From the NCBI GenBank assembly GCA_976551045.1, contig CDPCPM010000054.1, forward strand, positions 3,472,001-3,536,000: a DNA stretch of 64,000 nucleotides, given 5' to 3'. The DNA comes from Glaucostegus cemiculus (lineage: Eukaryota). Position 1 is the first letter of the stretch; the number at the start of each line of letters is the position of its first letter. The notes beneath the pieces are model-generated. The model had not been told where the DNA came from and made no database searches. It worked only from the letters and a program-made list of their open reading frames with translations. The translations under genes and the position numbers were made by a program. This document shows, in pieces, positions 13,561-26,895 of the stretch.

Positions 13561-14699
13561 ATTACTTAGTTTTAGTGAAACAGGGCTGGGACTAGTTGTA
13601 GTGATGCAAGACCAGGGCAAGTGGCAATGATGCAGGGCTGGGGCCAGTTGCAGTGATGCAGGACTCGATCAGTGGCAGTTATGCAGGGCTGGGGGAAGTT
13701 GCAATGATGCAGGGCTGGGTCAAGTTGTCGTAATACATGGCTGAGGCCAGTTACAGTAATTCAAGGCTGAAGCAAGGGTGGGGGAGTTGCAGGAATTCAG
13801 CTGGGTTCATTTGTAGTAATTCAGGACTGGAGCCTGTTGTAGTGACAAAGAGCTTGGGCTGATTGTAGTGATAAAAGTCTGAGGCCCATTGTTCTATTAC
13901 AGGGATGGTGCCAGGTTTAGTGAGACTAGGCAGGAGCGGTTTTAGTAGCAAATTACTGGGAAATATTTAATGCTACAGACCCAGAGACAGTTTCAGTAAA
14001 GCAGGGTTAAAGAACAATTTTACCAATGCAAGGCCCTGGCCAGTTTTAGTGAAGTTGCACTAGAACCAGATTTAGGAACAGGGACCAGATTTAGAAACTG
14101 GGACCACTTTTTGGTGATGCAGGGTTGCACCAATTTTAGTGTCACAGGCCCCATTTGGTGACACAGAGTTGAGTCAATTATAGTGATACATGGCAGCAGC
14201 CCAGATCAGTTTTAGTCACTCGTGGCTGGGGAAAGTGACTTGGAATGGAAACAAGTTAAGTGATGAAGTTTTTGTGCTATAGAACCCTGGCAGTTTTAGT
14301 GATAGCGATCTACTGGCTTTAGGGCCAGTAGCTTCAGTAATACAGAGCGAAAGAACAGTTTTAGTGAAACAGGACACTGGCCATTTTTAGTGATACTGGG
14401 CTAGATCTAGATTTAGAAATAAATGACTGGGCCCACTTTTGGTTTAAAAAAGTATGGGGGCCAACTTTAGTGATACAAGGCTGGGGTTAGTTGCAGAGTT
14501 GCAGGCCTGGGACCAGTTTTAGTGATACTGCTCTGGGTCACTGTTATTGATAACAGGACAGCAACCAATTTTAGATGCAGAGCTGGGGCCAGTTCTAGTA
14601 ATACAGGGCCTTAGGGAGTTTTGGTGATACAGGGCTGGGACAAGCTTCACTGCTTCAAGACAGGGAGCAGTTTTGGTGATAAAGCACAGGACTACAGTT

Positions 14700-15105
14700 T
14701 CATTTCATCCACAACCACTGACTCACTGACTCACAGTAGCAGCAATTTGTATCATCCATAGGAACCATGACAGCAACCCACCAAGATTCCTTGTACAGCA
14801 CCTTCCAAACCCACAATCTCTACCAGCTAGACTGACTAGGGCAGAAAAAGCATGGGAACACCACCAGCTGGAAGTTGCCCTCGAAGCCACACACCATTAT
14901 GACTTGAAAATATATCACCAGTCCTACACCATCACTGGGTCAAAATCCCAGAACTCCCCCCTGAACAATGTTGTCGATATACCCAGACTTCAAGGACTGC
15001 AGTACTTGGACGAGGGAGCTCACCACCACCTTCTCACGGGCAATTAGGGGTGAACAATTGCTGGCTCAGCCTATGAAGCTCATATCCCTTGAATGAATTA
15101 AAATT
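14700..15105 (+). mobile_element. 3' end of the second LINE family (as 375-652)
   Basis: cagcaccttccaaacccacaatct...gctcaccaccaccttctc...gggcaattaggg...gaatgaatta. Confidence 0.75.
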
Positions 15106-15494
15106 AACTGTGACACAGTGCTCAGGTCAGTTGTTGCAATATGGAGTTGGGTCCAGTTTTAGTTATACAGTGCTGGGGCCAGTTGTAATGAAACAGGGCA
15201 GGGGTCAGTTTTAGTGACATAAGGTGGGGACCAATTTTGCTGAGAGTATTTGACCCCAGTTTCATTGATGGCTGGGGCCAGTTTTAGCAAAACAGGTCTG
15301 GGGCAGATTTAGTGAAACAGGTCTGGGGCAGTTTCAGAGCTGGCTCCACCTTCAGAAAAACTAGATTAGGTCTGTTTTTAGTGATGTAGGGCTGGGGCCA
15401 GTAGTAATAAAACAGGGCTGGGCCCAGTTGTAGTGATACAAGGTTGGGGACAGTTTTATTGACAGAGGGATGGAGAAAATTTTAGTGCTAATTC

Positions 15495-18400
15495 AGAGTT
15501 GGCATGTCCTCTATAAGGGTAAGAAACAAAGATGGTTCATTTAGGGAACCTACGTTAATGAAGGATACTGAAGGTTTGAGCAGGTAAAAGAAGGAAGTGT
15601 ATGTCAAGTATAGGAAACTGGTATTGAACAATTTCTTTGAATTTTATCGCAGATAGAGGAGAGATCTTAAGAAAGAAATTATGAGGATAAAAGCGGCCAA
15701 GAAATGACCTTGGTAAGTAGAATTATGGAGAATCCTAAAACTTTTAAGTAGATTAGAAGCTAGAGGGTAGCTACGGGAAGAGTATGTCCCCTCAGGACCA
15801 AAGGGGTAATCTATGCATGGCAGCAGGGGGTATGAGCGAGGTCCTAAATCTCATAAGTATTCACCAGTGAGAAAGCTGTGAAGACTGCAGAGTTAAGGAA
15901 CGGATATTCTGATACTCTGGAGCATGTCTGTATCAGGAAGGTGGAAGTGTTAGAAATATTGGTTCACATTAGAATGGATAATTCATCAGGGCCTGATTGA
16001 ATCTATCCCAGGATGCTAAGGGAAACAAGGGAAGAGATTGCCGAGGCTCTGATGGAGAATTTTTCATCTTCATTAGTCATGGGTGAGGTAACAAAAGCCT
16101 GGAGGATAGCGAATGAACATGGAACATAAAACAGTACAACACAGTATGGGCCCTTCAGCCCACAATGTTGTGCCAACCTATATAAGCTTACTCCATGATC
16201 AATCTAACCCTTCCCTCCTACACAGCCCATGACCCTCCATTTTCTGACAACCATGTGCCTATCAAGAGTCTTTTAAATGTCCCCATTGTATCAACTTCTA
16301 CCACCAACCCTGGAAGTGTGTTCCAGGCACCCAATACTCACTGTGTAAAAAAACCTACTTTTGACATCTCCCCTAAACTTTCCTCGACTCACCTTAAACG
16401 GATGTCCTCTGGTATTAGCCATTGCCACCCTGGGAAAAAGGTGCTGGCTGTCCATTCTCTCTATGCCTCTTGTAATCTTATACACCTCTTTCAAGTCGAC
16501 TCTCATCCTCTGTCGCTCCTAAGAGAAAAGCCCTAGCTTGTTCAACCGTTCCTCATAAGACATGTTCTCTATTCCAGGCAGCATCTTCATAAATCTCCTC
16601 TGCACCCTCTCAGAAGCTTCCACATCCTTCCTATAATGAGGTGACCAGAACTGAGCACAATACTCAGAGTGTGATCTAACCAGAGTTTTATAGAGCTGCG
16701 ACATTACCTTGAGGCTCTTGAACTCAATCCCCCAACTAATGAAGGCCAGCACATCATATGCATTCTTAACCACCCTAACAACTTGTGAGGCACCTTTGAG
16801 GGATCTATGGACTGAAACTCCAAGATCCCTCTTCTCCTCCACACTGCTGAGGATCCTGTCATTAACCTTGTACTCCGCCTTCAAGTCTGATCTTCCAAAG
16901 TGTATCACTTCACACTTTTCTGGACTGAACTCCATCTGCTACTTCTCTGCCCAAATCTGTATCTGTCTATATCCCATTGTAACCTAGGACATCATTCCAC
17001 AACACCTCCAACCTTTGCGTCATTTGCACATTTACTAACCCACCCCTCCACTTCCTCATCCAAGTCATTTATAAAAATCACAAAAAGCAGTGGTCCCTGA
17101 ACAGATCCCTGTGGAACACCACTAGTCACCAACCTCCAGGCACAACACGTTCCATATACTACCACCCTCTGCCTTCTGTGGGCAAGCCAATTCCAAATCC
17201 ACGTATCCAAGTTTCCATGGATCCCATGCCTCATGACTTTCTAGATGAGCCTATCATGGGGAACCTTGTCAAATGTCTTACTGAAGTCCATATACACCAC
17301 ATCCATCACTCTACCTTCATCAATTTGTTTTGTCACCGCTTCAAAAAACTCCATTAGGCTCGTGAAGCATGACCTGCTCCTCACAAGGCCATGCTGACTA
17401 TCCCTAATAAGACTATGTTTCTCCAAATGCTCGTAAATCCTGTCCCTAAGAATCCTCTCCAACAGTTTGCTCACTGCTAATGCAAGACTCATTGGTCTAT
17501 AATTCCCAGGATTATCCCTATTATCTTTCTTGAACAACGGAACATTTGACATCCTCAGTCCTCTGGTACCACTCCTGTGGCCAGGGAGGACATAAAGATC
17601 ATCGTCAACACCCCAACAATCTCTTCCCTCTTTTCCCATAGTAACCTGGGGTATATCCCTGAGCAGTCCTACCCTCACATACATGTAAAACATCTTGGGG
17701 TTCTCCTTAATCCTACTTGCCAAGACCTTCTCATGTAAATCCCTTCTTAGGCTCCTTCCTGGCTACCTTATAATTCTCGAGACACCTGTCTGATTTTTGC
17801 TTCCTAAACCTTAAGTATGCTTCCTTCTTCCTCTTGACTAAATGTTCCACCTCTCTTGTCACCCACCGTTCATTTACCCTACCATCATTCCCCTGTCTCA
17901 GTGGGACAAACCTATCCAGAATCCCATGCAAGTTGTCCATAAACAACCTTCACATTTCTGCTGTGTATTTCCCTGAGAACATCTGTTCCCAATTTATGCT
18001 CCCAAGTTCCTGCCTAAAACCATCGTAATTTAGCCCTGCCCCCAAGTAAATGCTTTCCCATATCGTCTGCTCCTATTCCTGTCCATAGCTATGCTAAAGG
18101 TCAGGGAGTTGTGGTCACTATCTCCAAAATACTTCCCCCACCGAGAGGTCTATCACCTGACCAGATTCATTGCCTAGTACTAGATCCAGACTGTGTCAGG
18201 AATCCTTCCTGGACACACCTGACAAATTCTGTTCCATCTAAACCTTTGACACTCGGGAGGTGCCAAGCAATACTGGAAGTTGAAGTCACCCATGACAACA
18301 ACCCTGTTATTTTTGCACTTTTCTAAAATCTGCCAACTTATCTGCTCCTTGGTGTCCCAGTGACTCTTTGGGGGGGTGGGGGTGGAGGGGGGCACTATAG

Positions 18401-20634
18401 AATACCCCCAATAGAACGATTGCTCCCTTCGTGTTTCTGACTTCCACTCACACTGACTCAGTAGATGATCTCTCCAATGACATCCTCCCTTTCTGCAGCT
18501 GTGATCCTATCCCTGATTAGCAATGCCACTCTGCCCCCTCCCTTTTACCTCCCTTCCTATCCCTTTTCAAATATATAAACCCCGGAAGCTCAAGCAGCCA
18601 CTCCTGCCCTTGTGACAGCCAAGTCTCTGTAATGGCCACAACATCGTAATTCCATATACTGATCTATGCTCTAAGTTGGTCACCCTTATTCTTAATTCTT
18701 ATCGCATTAAAGTAAACACATTTCAACACATCCAACTGACTGCATTTATGCCCTATCCATTTCCTATACTTCCTCACAGTCTCTCTGTACATTGCATCTA
18801 CCTTTACACCAACTGTTCCATCATCTGACCTAATACTCTGGTTCCCATTCCCCTGCCAACATAGTTTAAGCCCTCCCCAACAGCTATAGCAAACCTGCCT
18901 GCAAGGACGTTGGTCCCTCTCAAGTTCAGGTGTAACCCATCCCTTTTTAGAGGTCATACCTTCCGCAGAAGAGATCCCAATGATCCGCAAATCTGAAACC
19001 CTGCCCCCTGCACCAACTCTTCAGTCATGCATTCGCCTGCATATCTTCCTATTCTTACCCTCACTGGTGCATGGCACAGGCAGCAATCCAGAGATTACTA
19101 CCCCTGAGCTTTTTAGCTTCCTTTCCTAACTCCCTACATTAGCTCTTCAAGACCTCATCCCTTTTCCTATGTAGTTGGTACCAATGTGTACTGTGACTTC
19201 TGACTGCTCACCCTCCCCCTGAAAAATGCTGTGGACTTGATCTGAGATGTCTCCAACTCTGGCACCTGGGAGGAAATGTACCATCTGGGAGCCTCGTTCT
19301 CATCCACAGAATCTCCTATTTATTCCCCTAACTAATGAATCCCCTATCACTATTGCTTTCCTCTTCTCCCCGCTTCTCTTCTGAGCCACACAACCAGGCT
19401 CAGTGCCAGAGACCTGGCCACTGTGGCTTTCCCCTGTTAGGTCATCTCCCCCAACAGTATCCAAAACGGTATACTTGTTATTGATGGGAATCTCCTTATT
19501 CAAAGAGAGCAATAAGAATAAGCATGAAAACCACAGGCCAGTAACCCATACATCAATAGTGGAAAAACTGGAGAAGATTCTAAGGGGTAGAATTTATGTT
19601 CACTTGGAAAGGTGAGATTAGGAAGAGTCAGCATTGTTTTGTGCAGGGGAACTCAAGTCTCACAAATTAATTGAAGTTTTTCACCGAGCCAACTGAGAAC
19701 ATTGATGAAGGCAGAATGGTAGATGTGGTTTACATGGACTTTGGTAAGGCTTTTGAATAGGTTCTCCAAGGTAGGCTAGTCCAGAAAGTTAAGACAAAAG
19801 GTAATACTTGATTGTGACATATATAAGTGGCTTGGATGAAAACACAGATGGGTGGGTAAGTCAGCTTGCAGACAACACAAAGACTGGTGGAGCTGTGGAT
19901 GGTGTAGAGGGCTATCAAAGGACTATCAAAGGATACAGCAGGATATATATCAATTACAGATATGGGCAGAGAAATGGCAGATGCAGGTTAATCCGGGCAA
20001 GTGTGAGGTGTTGCACTTTGGGAGGTCAAATGTAAGGGGAAAGTTTTCTTAAGTATGGCAGAACACTTAAGACCATTGATATACAGAGGATCTGGGGAGT
20101 CCAAGACCATAGCACCCTGAAAGTAGTCATGCAAGTAGATAGGGTGGTAAAGAAGGCATATGACGTGCTTGCCTTCATTGGTCAGGGCATTAAGTGTATA
20201 CACTTGGATATGCGGGGAATGGCGTGATAATGGATCACGTGCAAGCATTGTTTAATTTAGCATTGTGTTCGGCATAGACATTGTGTGTCGAAGGGTCTGT
20301 TTCCGTGCTTTACTGTTCTAGGTTCCAAGGGGACCAAGTGAGGGCAGGGAAGTATAGAACTAGAGGGCACAGGTTTATAGTGAGAGGGAAGAAATTTAAA
20401 TGAGATCTGAGGAATAGATTTGTCACACAGAGGGTGGTGAACATCTGGAAGGAACTGCCAGAGGAGGTTGTGGAGGCAAATACAATAACAATGGCTAAAA
20501 GGCATTTGGACAGGTACTTGGGTAGGAACACACAGAGGGATACAGTCCTAACAGGATTCGCATAGGGAGGCATCATAGTTGGCTTGGACAAAGTGGGCTG
20601 AAAGGGCCTGTTTCTATGTTGCATGATTCCATTA
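15495..20634 (+). mobile_element. Plus-strand CR1 LINE (15495-16114, resuming ~19492-20634) split by an antisense CR1
   Basis: ...tggaggatagcgaat| resumes as |ctccttattcaaa...; later motifs DFGKAF, LADNTK and KCEVLHFGRSN; two successive 3' tails. Confidence 0.8.
16115..19490 (-). mobile_element. Near-full-length CR1 LINE (part of ORF1 esterase, endonuclease, RT, 3' UTR), disabled
   Basis: AIVIGDSLVRG (SGNH/GDSL block I), VVMGDFNF, YMDFSKTFDKVPH, GVPQGSVQGP and EYCAQFWSPHYRKD in broken frames. Confidence 0.92.
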
Positions 20635-22540
20635 ACCATAGAACCAGAGAACAACACAGCACAATACAGGCCCTTCGCCCACCATGTTGTGCTGTCCATC
20701 AAGCCGCACCTCACTATCTAACCCTTTCCTCCCACATATCCCTCTATCCCACATTCCTCTATATGTCTATCCAACAATTGAACCTGTCCAACGTATCTGC
20801 CTCCACCATCACCCCAGGCAGTGCATTCCAGGCACCAACCACTCTCTGGTTGAAAAACCTCCCTCTGACATCTCCCCTGAACTTCCCACCCATAACCTTA
20901 AAGCCATGCTCTCGTCTTGAGCATTGGTGCACTGGGAAAGAGGCGCTGGCTGTCTACTCTATCTATTCCTCTCAATATTTTATACACCTCTATCAAGTCT
21001 CCTCTCCTCCTCCTCCTCTCCCATAAGTAAAGCCCTTGCACCTTAAGCCTCACCTCATATTCCATACCCTCTAATCCAGGCATCATCCTGGTAAATCTCC
21101 TCTGTACCCTCTCCAACGCCTCCACATCCTTCCTATAATGTGGTGACCAGAACTGAACACAGTACTCTAAGTGTGGTCTAATCAGAGTTTTGTAAAGCTG
21201 CATCATCACTTCGCAGCTCTTAAACTCAATCCCACGACTTATGAAAGCTAACATCCCATAGGCCTTCTTAACTGCCCTATCCATCTGCGAGGCAACTTTC
21301 AGTGAATTGTGAATATCAACCTCCAGATCACTCTGCTCCTCACCACTGCCCAGTACCTTGCCATTTACCTTGTACTCTGCCCTGGAGTTTGTCCTTCCAA
21401 AGTGTACCACCTCACACTTCTCTGGATTGAACTCCATCTGCCACTTGTCCACCCAGCTCTGCATCCTATCAATACCCCTCTGTAAGCTCCAACAGTCCTC
21501 CACACTATCCACTACACCGCCGATCTTAGTGTCATCCACAAATTTACTAACCCAGCCTTCCATCCCCTCATTTAAGTCATCTATAAATATAACAAAAAGT
21601 GACTGTGATCACTAGTCACAGCCCTCCAATCGGAGGGTACTCCCTCCACCACAACCCTCTGCTTTCTACAAACAAGCCAATTCCTAATCCACACAGCCAA
21701 GCTTCCCTGGATCCCATGACCTCTGACCTTCTGAAGAAGCCTACCATAAGAAACCTTATCAAATACCTTACTAAAATCCATGTAGACCACATCCACCACA
21801 CTACCCTCAACAATCTTCCTTGTCACCTCCTCAAAGAACTCTATCAGGCTTCTGAGGCAAGTTCTTCCCTTCATAAAGCCATGCTGGCTGTCCCTAATCA
21901 GTCCATAATTCTCTAGGTGTTCATAGATCTTATCCCTTAGAATTCTTTCTAACAGCTTACACACCACAGACGTGAGACTCACCGGTCTGTAATTCCCTGG
22001 ACTATCACTACTACCTTTTTTGAAAAGGGGACAACATTCGCCACCCTCCAATCCTCCGGTACCATCCCCGTGGACAACGAGGACTCAAAGATCCTTACCA
22101 GCGGCTCAACAATCTCCTCCCTCATCTCACGAAGCAGCCTGGGGAATATTGCATCAGGCCCCGGAGACTTATCTGTCTTGATATTATTCAACAACTTCAA
22201 CACATCGTCTCCCTTGATACCTACATACTCAAGAACATTACCCTTACCAACAGTCTCTACCATGTCATCAAGACCCCTCTCCTTGGTGAATACCGAAGAG
22301 AAGTATTCATTAAGAAATTCTCCCACTTCCGCCGCCTCCAGGCGCATCCTCCCACCTTTGTCTTTAATCGGACCTACCTTTACCCTAGCCATCCTTCTGC
22401 GTGAAAAAAGCCTTGGGATTTTCCTTAACCCTACTAGCCAACGCCTTTTCATGTCCCCTTCTAGCTCTCCTCAGCCCTTTCTTAAGTTCCTTCCTTACTA
22501 CGCTATATTCCTCATGGGCCCTGTCTGAGCCTTGCTGCTT
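20635..22540 (-). mobile_element. Young CR1 LINE, 5'-truncated
   Basis: Long open pieces (KSPGPDAIFPRLL, KFVDDTKIGG, LEYCVQFWSP); same subfamily as the 43361 and 51442 copies. Confidence 0.93.
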
Positions 22541-23269
22541 AATTCCACAGCCTTGATTCCACAGATAGATTCAGAGATAAATGGCTAAAGAATGGTTTTA
22601 GTTACACAGTTTTATTGATGTTAGGTTGGGCAAGATTTAGAAGTAGAGGACCTTGTTCATTTTCAGTATAACACAGTTGGGCCAGTTTTGAGTGAGACAG
22701 GCTGAGTACCAGTTTTCATGGAACAGGTCTGACACAGATTTAAAAATAGATGGCTGGCTCCATTTTTAGTTAAACAGGGCTGTGACCAGTTGTTATGATA
22801 CTGGACTGGTGTCAGTTGTAATAAAACAATACTGAGGGCAGTTGTAGTGAAACAGGGCAAGGGACAGTGGTCAGACTATAGCTTAGTGACACAGTCCAGG
22901 TCAATTTTGATGATACAGGGCTTTGATAAGTTTTAGTTATACAAGCCTGTCGTGATACAAGGGCTGGGGCCAGTTGCATTGATATAGAGCTGGGGCCAGT
23001 TGCTGTAATACAGGACCGAGGCCAGTTGTCATAATAAAGGGGTGAGGCCAGTTATAGTACCATAGGGTGGGGTAAGTTTTAGTGATTCAGAACCCAATAC
23101 CAGTAATACAGGGCTGGAAAGAATTGTAATGATATAGTAATTGTAATGATACAGACCTGGTTAGTTTTACTGATATTGGGTTGGGGGAAGATTTAGTAAT
23201 AGAGTGCTAGGACCACATTTAACTAAATAGGCAGGCACGGATGTGTGGGGGCAGGCATGGTAGTGTAGC

Positions 23270-23548
23270 AGTTAGCATCAGTGACCCAGCATCAGTGACC
23301 CAGGTTCAATTCCGGCCACTGTCTGTAAGGAGTTTGTACATTTTCCCCATGTCTGTGTGGGTTTCTTTCAGGTGCTCTGGTTTCCTCCCACATTCCAAAA
23401 GTTATGGGTTAGGAAGTTGCGGCCATGCTATGTTGGCACCGGAAGTGTGGCGACACTTGCGGACTGCCCCCAGAACACTCTACGCAAAAGATGCATTTCA
23501 CTGTGTGTTGTGATGTACATATGATGAATAAAGGTTTCTTATCTTATA
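23270..23548 (+). mobile_element. tRNA-derived V-type SINE with MER6-like body and a non-CR1 tail
   Basis: Same head and core as the 2593 family, then catgctatgttggcaccggaagtgtggcgacacttgcgg...gcatttcactgtgtg...aataaagg(tctta)n. Confidence 0.8.
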
Positions 23549-24822
23549 TCGTTGATTTTAGTGATACCAGGCTGGGAACATTTACAGTGATGCTGGGCAG
23601 GGTCTAATGTAGTGATACATGGCCGGAGCAAGTTTTAATGAAATGGAACTGGGGCCAATTGTAGTGATTCAGGACTCTGGCCATTTCTAGTGATGAGGGG
23701 CTCGGATCACTTATATTGATACATATGCTGGGGCCAGTTTTAGTGAAGCAGTGATGGGGCTAGTTTTATTGATGCAGTGCTGTGGCCTTTTTTAGTTAGC
23801 TGGGGCTGGGACCAGCTTTAGTGTTGCACTGCTGGGGCCACATGCAGTGACATGCTACTGGCACCTGATTTATTGATACTGGGCGGGGGATAGTTTTAAT
23901 GGCAACAGGCTGGGTGAGTTTTATTGAGGCAGGGCCAGAGGCAGTTGCAGTGATACAGGGCTGGGTCAATATTGATGATACAGGGCTTTGGTGAATTTTA
24001 GTGATGCATGGCCAGGGCCAGTTTTAGTAACACAGGGCTGGGGAGATTTGGGTGCTTCAGAATTGGAGTCAGTTTCAGTAGTACATTTGGGAACAGTTTT
24101 TGTGAAGCAAGGCCTAGCCAGTTTTGTTGATATTGGGCTGGGGACATTAGAAATAGAGGACTGGGTCCACTTTATGTGAAACATGGTTGGGATCAATTTT
24201 AGTGATAGCTGAGGCTAGCTGTGCTGATTCAGGACTAGCACTATGGAGCTGGGTCCAGTTGTAGGAATTCAAGGCTGAGGCCATTGTGGTAATTCAGGAC
24301 GAGGGACAGCTGAGACCAGCTGTTGTTCAGCAGAGTTGGGACCAATTAGTTAAACAGGGTGGTGCCAACTGTAGTGATATAACTCTGGGGCTACTTGTAT
24401 CAATATATGTGTCGGGATCAGCTTTATGGAATTAGGGCTGAGGTCAGTTTTAGTGATGCAGGGTTGGAGCCAGATTTAAGCATGCAAGGCCTGAGCCAGT
24501 ATTCTTGATAAATATCCCTTGGCCGGTTTTAGTGACATAAGCCTGGGGCAATGTAGTGATTCAAGGGTGGGCCAGTTGCAGTGACTCAGAACTCCAGCTA
24601 GTTGTAGTGATTCAGGGCTGGGGCTAGTTGAACTAGTACAGAGCTGAGACCATTCATAGTGATTCAGGATTTGGACCAATTGTAGTGATAGTAGGTTGAG
24701 GCCCATGTTTGTGATACTGGACTGAACCAGTTTGATTGAGACAGGGCCAGAGGCAGTTTTAGTAAATCAAGGCCAGGGCCATATTCAGGTGATACAGGGC
24801 TGGGGCTAGACTTCAGGGCTAT

Positions 24823-25462
24823 AATGTCAATGTCACACTTCGCTGTAATCAAAATATTGAATAATCTGATGATGGGGGCCAAGAGGAATGGGAAGGTCCT
24901 TGTTGTTGTTTTCAGAGATCTAGCAAAGGCATTTGACTCTGTTGGCCATAAGCTTATTATTAAAAGTTTTGGGCAGGATGGGGGTTGGTGTCCATCTTGT
25001 CAACCTTGCCACTGATTTATATTCAACCCTGACTACTTTTTATAATTTTTAAAAAAATTTTTTTATTTACAGCGTGGTAACAGGCCCTTTCAGCCCAACA
25101 AGTCCGCGCCGCCCATTTTAAACCCCCAAATTAACCTACCCGTACGTCTTTTAGAATGTGGGAGGAAACCGGAGCACCCGGAGGAAACCCACGCAGACAC
25201 GGGAGAACGTACAAACTCCTTACAGTCAGCGACGGGAACCGAACCCCGATCGCTGGCGCTGTAACAGCATCGGGCTAACCGCTACGCTATCGTGCCGCTT
25301 ATTGAGAACAGTAAGGCCAAGACCAGACCCACTTCTATCATGAGAGGGGCTAAGCAAGCCACTCCGCTCCCACTCCCCCACCCTTTTATTTAACATTATG
25401 ATGGTCACTGATTATGTTCACTGGATAGCATTGGGTGCAATTTTTATTTAGGAACAAAGTGT
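24823..25462 (+). mobile_element. R2-like (RLE-type non-LTR) reverse-transcriptase fragment interrupted by a SINE
   Basis: Reconstructed across frameshifts: IKILNNLMMGAKRNGKVLVVVFRDLAKAFDSVGHKLIIKS-LGRMGVGVHLVNLATDLYSTLTT-[SINE]-IENSKAKTRPTSIMRGAKQ..PTLLFNIMM..SLDSIGCNFYLG. Confidence 0.7.
25037..25298 (-). mobile_element. Young tRNA-derived SINE (2593 family)
   Basis: Reverse complement of the 2593 and 26352 copies, CpG-rich, with T-rich tail. Confidence 0.9.
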
Positions 25463-26218
25463 GCAGTGATTCAGAGCCAATGTCAGTTGTCATATTACAG
25501 GGCTAGGACCTATTTTAGTGATATAGGCTGGGTAGTATGAATAACAAAAGGCTCAGGCCAGTTTTAGTGATGCAGGGCTAGGCCCAGCAGCTGTGATACA
25601 GGGATGGGGCCAGTTGCAGGGAGGTATAAGGAGCTGGAGCCAATAGGCATGATTGAAAGTTGGATCATGCAGGGCTGGGGCCAGTTGCAGTGATTAAGGA
25701 CTGTTTGGTAATAGAATACTGGACTCCAGTTTCAATGATGGCTAGGACCAGTTGTAGTGAAACAGGACAAGGTCAGTTGCAGTGATACAGTCCTGGGGCC
25801 AATACTGTGATGTGGGGCTTCAGCCAGTTTTACTGTTACACAATGGAATCAGATTTAGTGAAGCAGAGCCAGTACCAGCTTTATTGATACGTGACAGGTC
25901 ACTTTCAGTGATACATTCCCAAGGCTAGTCAGTGATGCAGTGCTGGGGCCAGTTTTAGTGAAACTGGGCCAAGGTCTGTTTCATTGATTTAGGTGCAGAG
26001 CCAGATTTTGTGATACAGGCCTGATGTGAGATTTAGTGCACTGGGACCATGCCAAGTTTAGTGATACAGGCTATAGCCAGTTTCATTTGATGACTGTGAC
26101 CAGATTTATTGACACAAGTTCACGGCTGGTTGCAGGGATACATAGCTGGGACTAGTTTTAGTGATGCAGTGCTGAAGCCAGATTTAGTGATAGAGATCTG
26201 GGGCCAGGTTTAGTGATA

Positions 26219-26895
26219 CAATAAAACTCTGATAATCTGGCACACTTGGGATGTTATTGGATGTGGATTGGCAGATTTTCCAAACTATTGGATGTTGTCT
26301 TTGTTAATACTCCAAACACTTTTAATTCATTGCTTTCAGATGTTACATCGTGGGCGGCACGATAGCGTAGCGGTTAGAGCGACGCTGTTACAGCGCCAGC
26401 GATCGGGGTTTGATTCCCGTCACTGACTGTAAGGAGTTTGTACGTTCTCCCGTGTCTGCATGGGTTTCCTCCGGGTGCTCCGGTTTCCTCCTACATTCTA
26501 AAGGACGTACGGGTAGGTTAATTTGGGGGTTTGAAATGGGTGGCGCGGACCCATTGGGCCAAAAGGGCCTGTTACCACGCTGTAAATAAAAAAATGTTTA
26601 AAAACTTCAAAAATAATATTTTAATAAGTTTTCCAATAAAGATGGCAAATTTAAAGAGACTACACAAGCTGGGATAGGTGGAAAGGGAGCACAGGAATTG
26701 GGGCTCCAGTGAGTGAAAAGGGAAGGTGGGAACTGTGGGTCCCAGTGAGTAGAAAGGGAGCACGGGAACTAGGATCCTGGGTGGGATCGTTGGAACTGGG
26801 AAGGGAGTGCGGCAAGCATCACTTGGCGAGCCAAATACTGGACCATTGAGAGATAGTCAGATAGTCATTGTCAGATAGTGGATTATTGGAGTTCA
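26219..26895. mobile_element. Tigger/pogo-like MITE inserted at a TA of the minisatellite and interrupted by a SINE
   Basis: Left end TA|caataaaactctgataatctggca; right end ggattattggagtt is a partial inverted match; internal ~35-bp direct repeats at ~26680-26790. Confidence 0.55.
26352..26613 (+). mobile_element. Young tRNA-derived SINE (2593 family), full head
   Basis: gggcggcacgatagcgtagcggttag...gggcctgttaccacgctgtaaataaaa. Confidence 0.9.
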
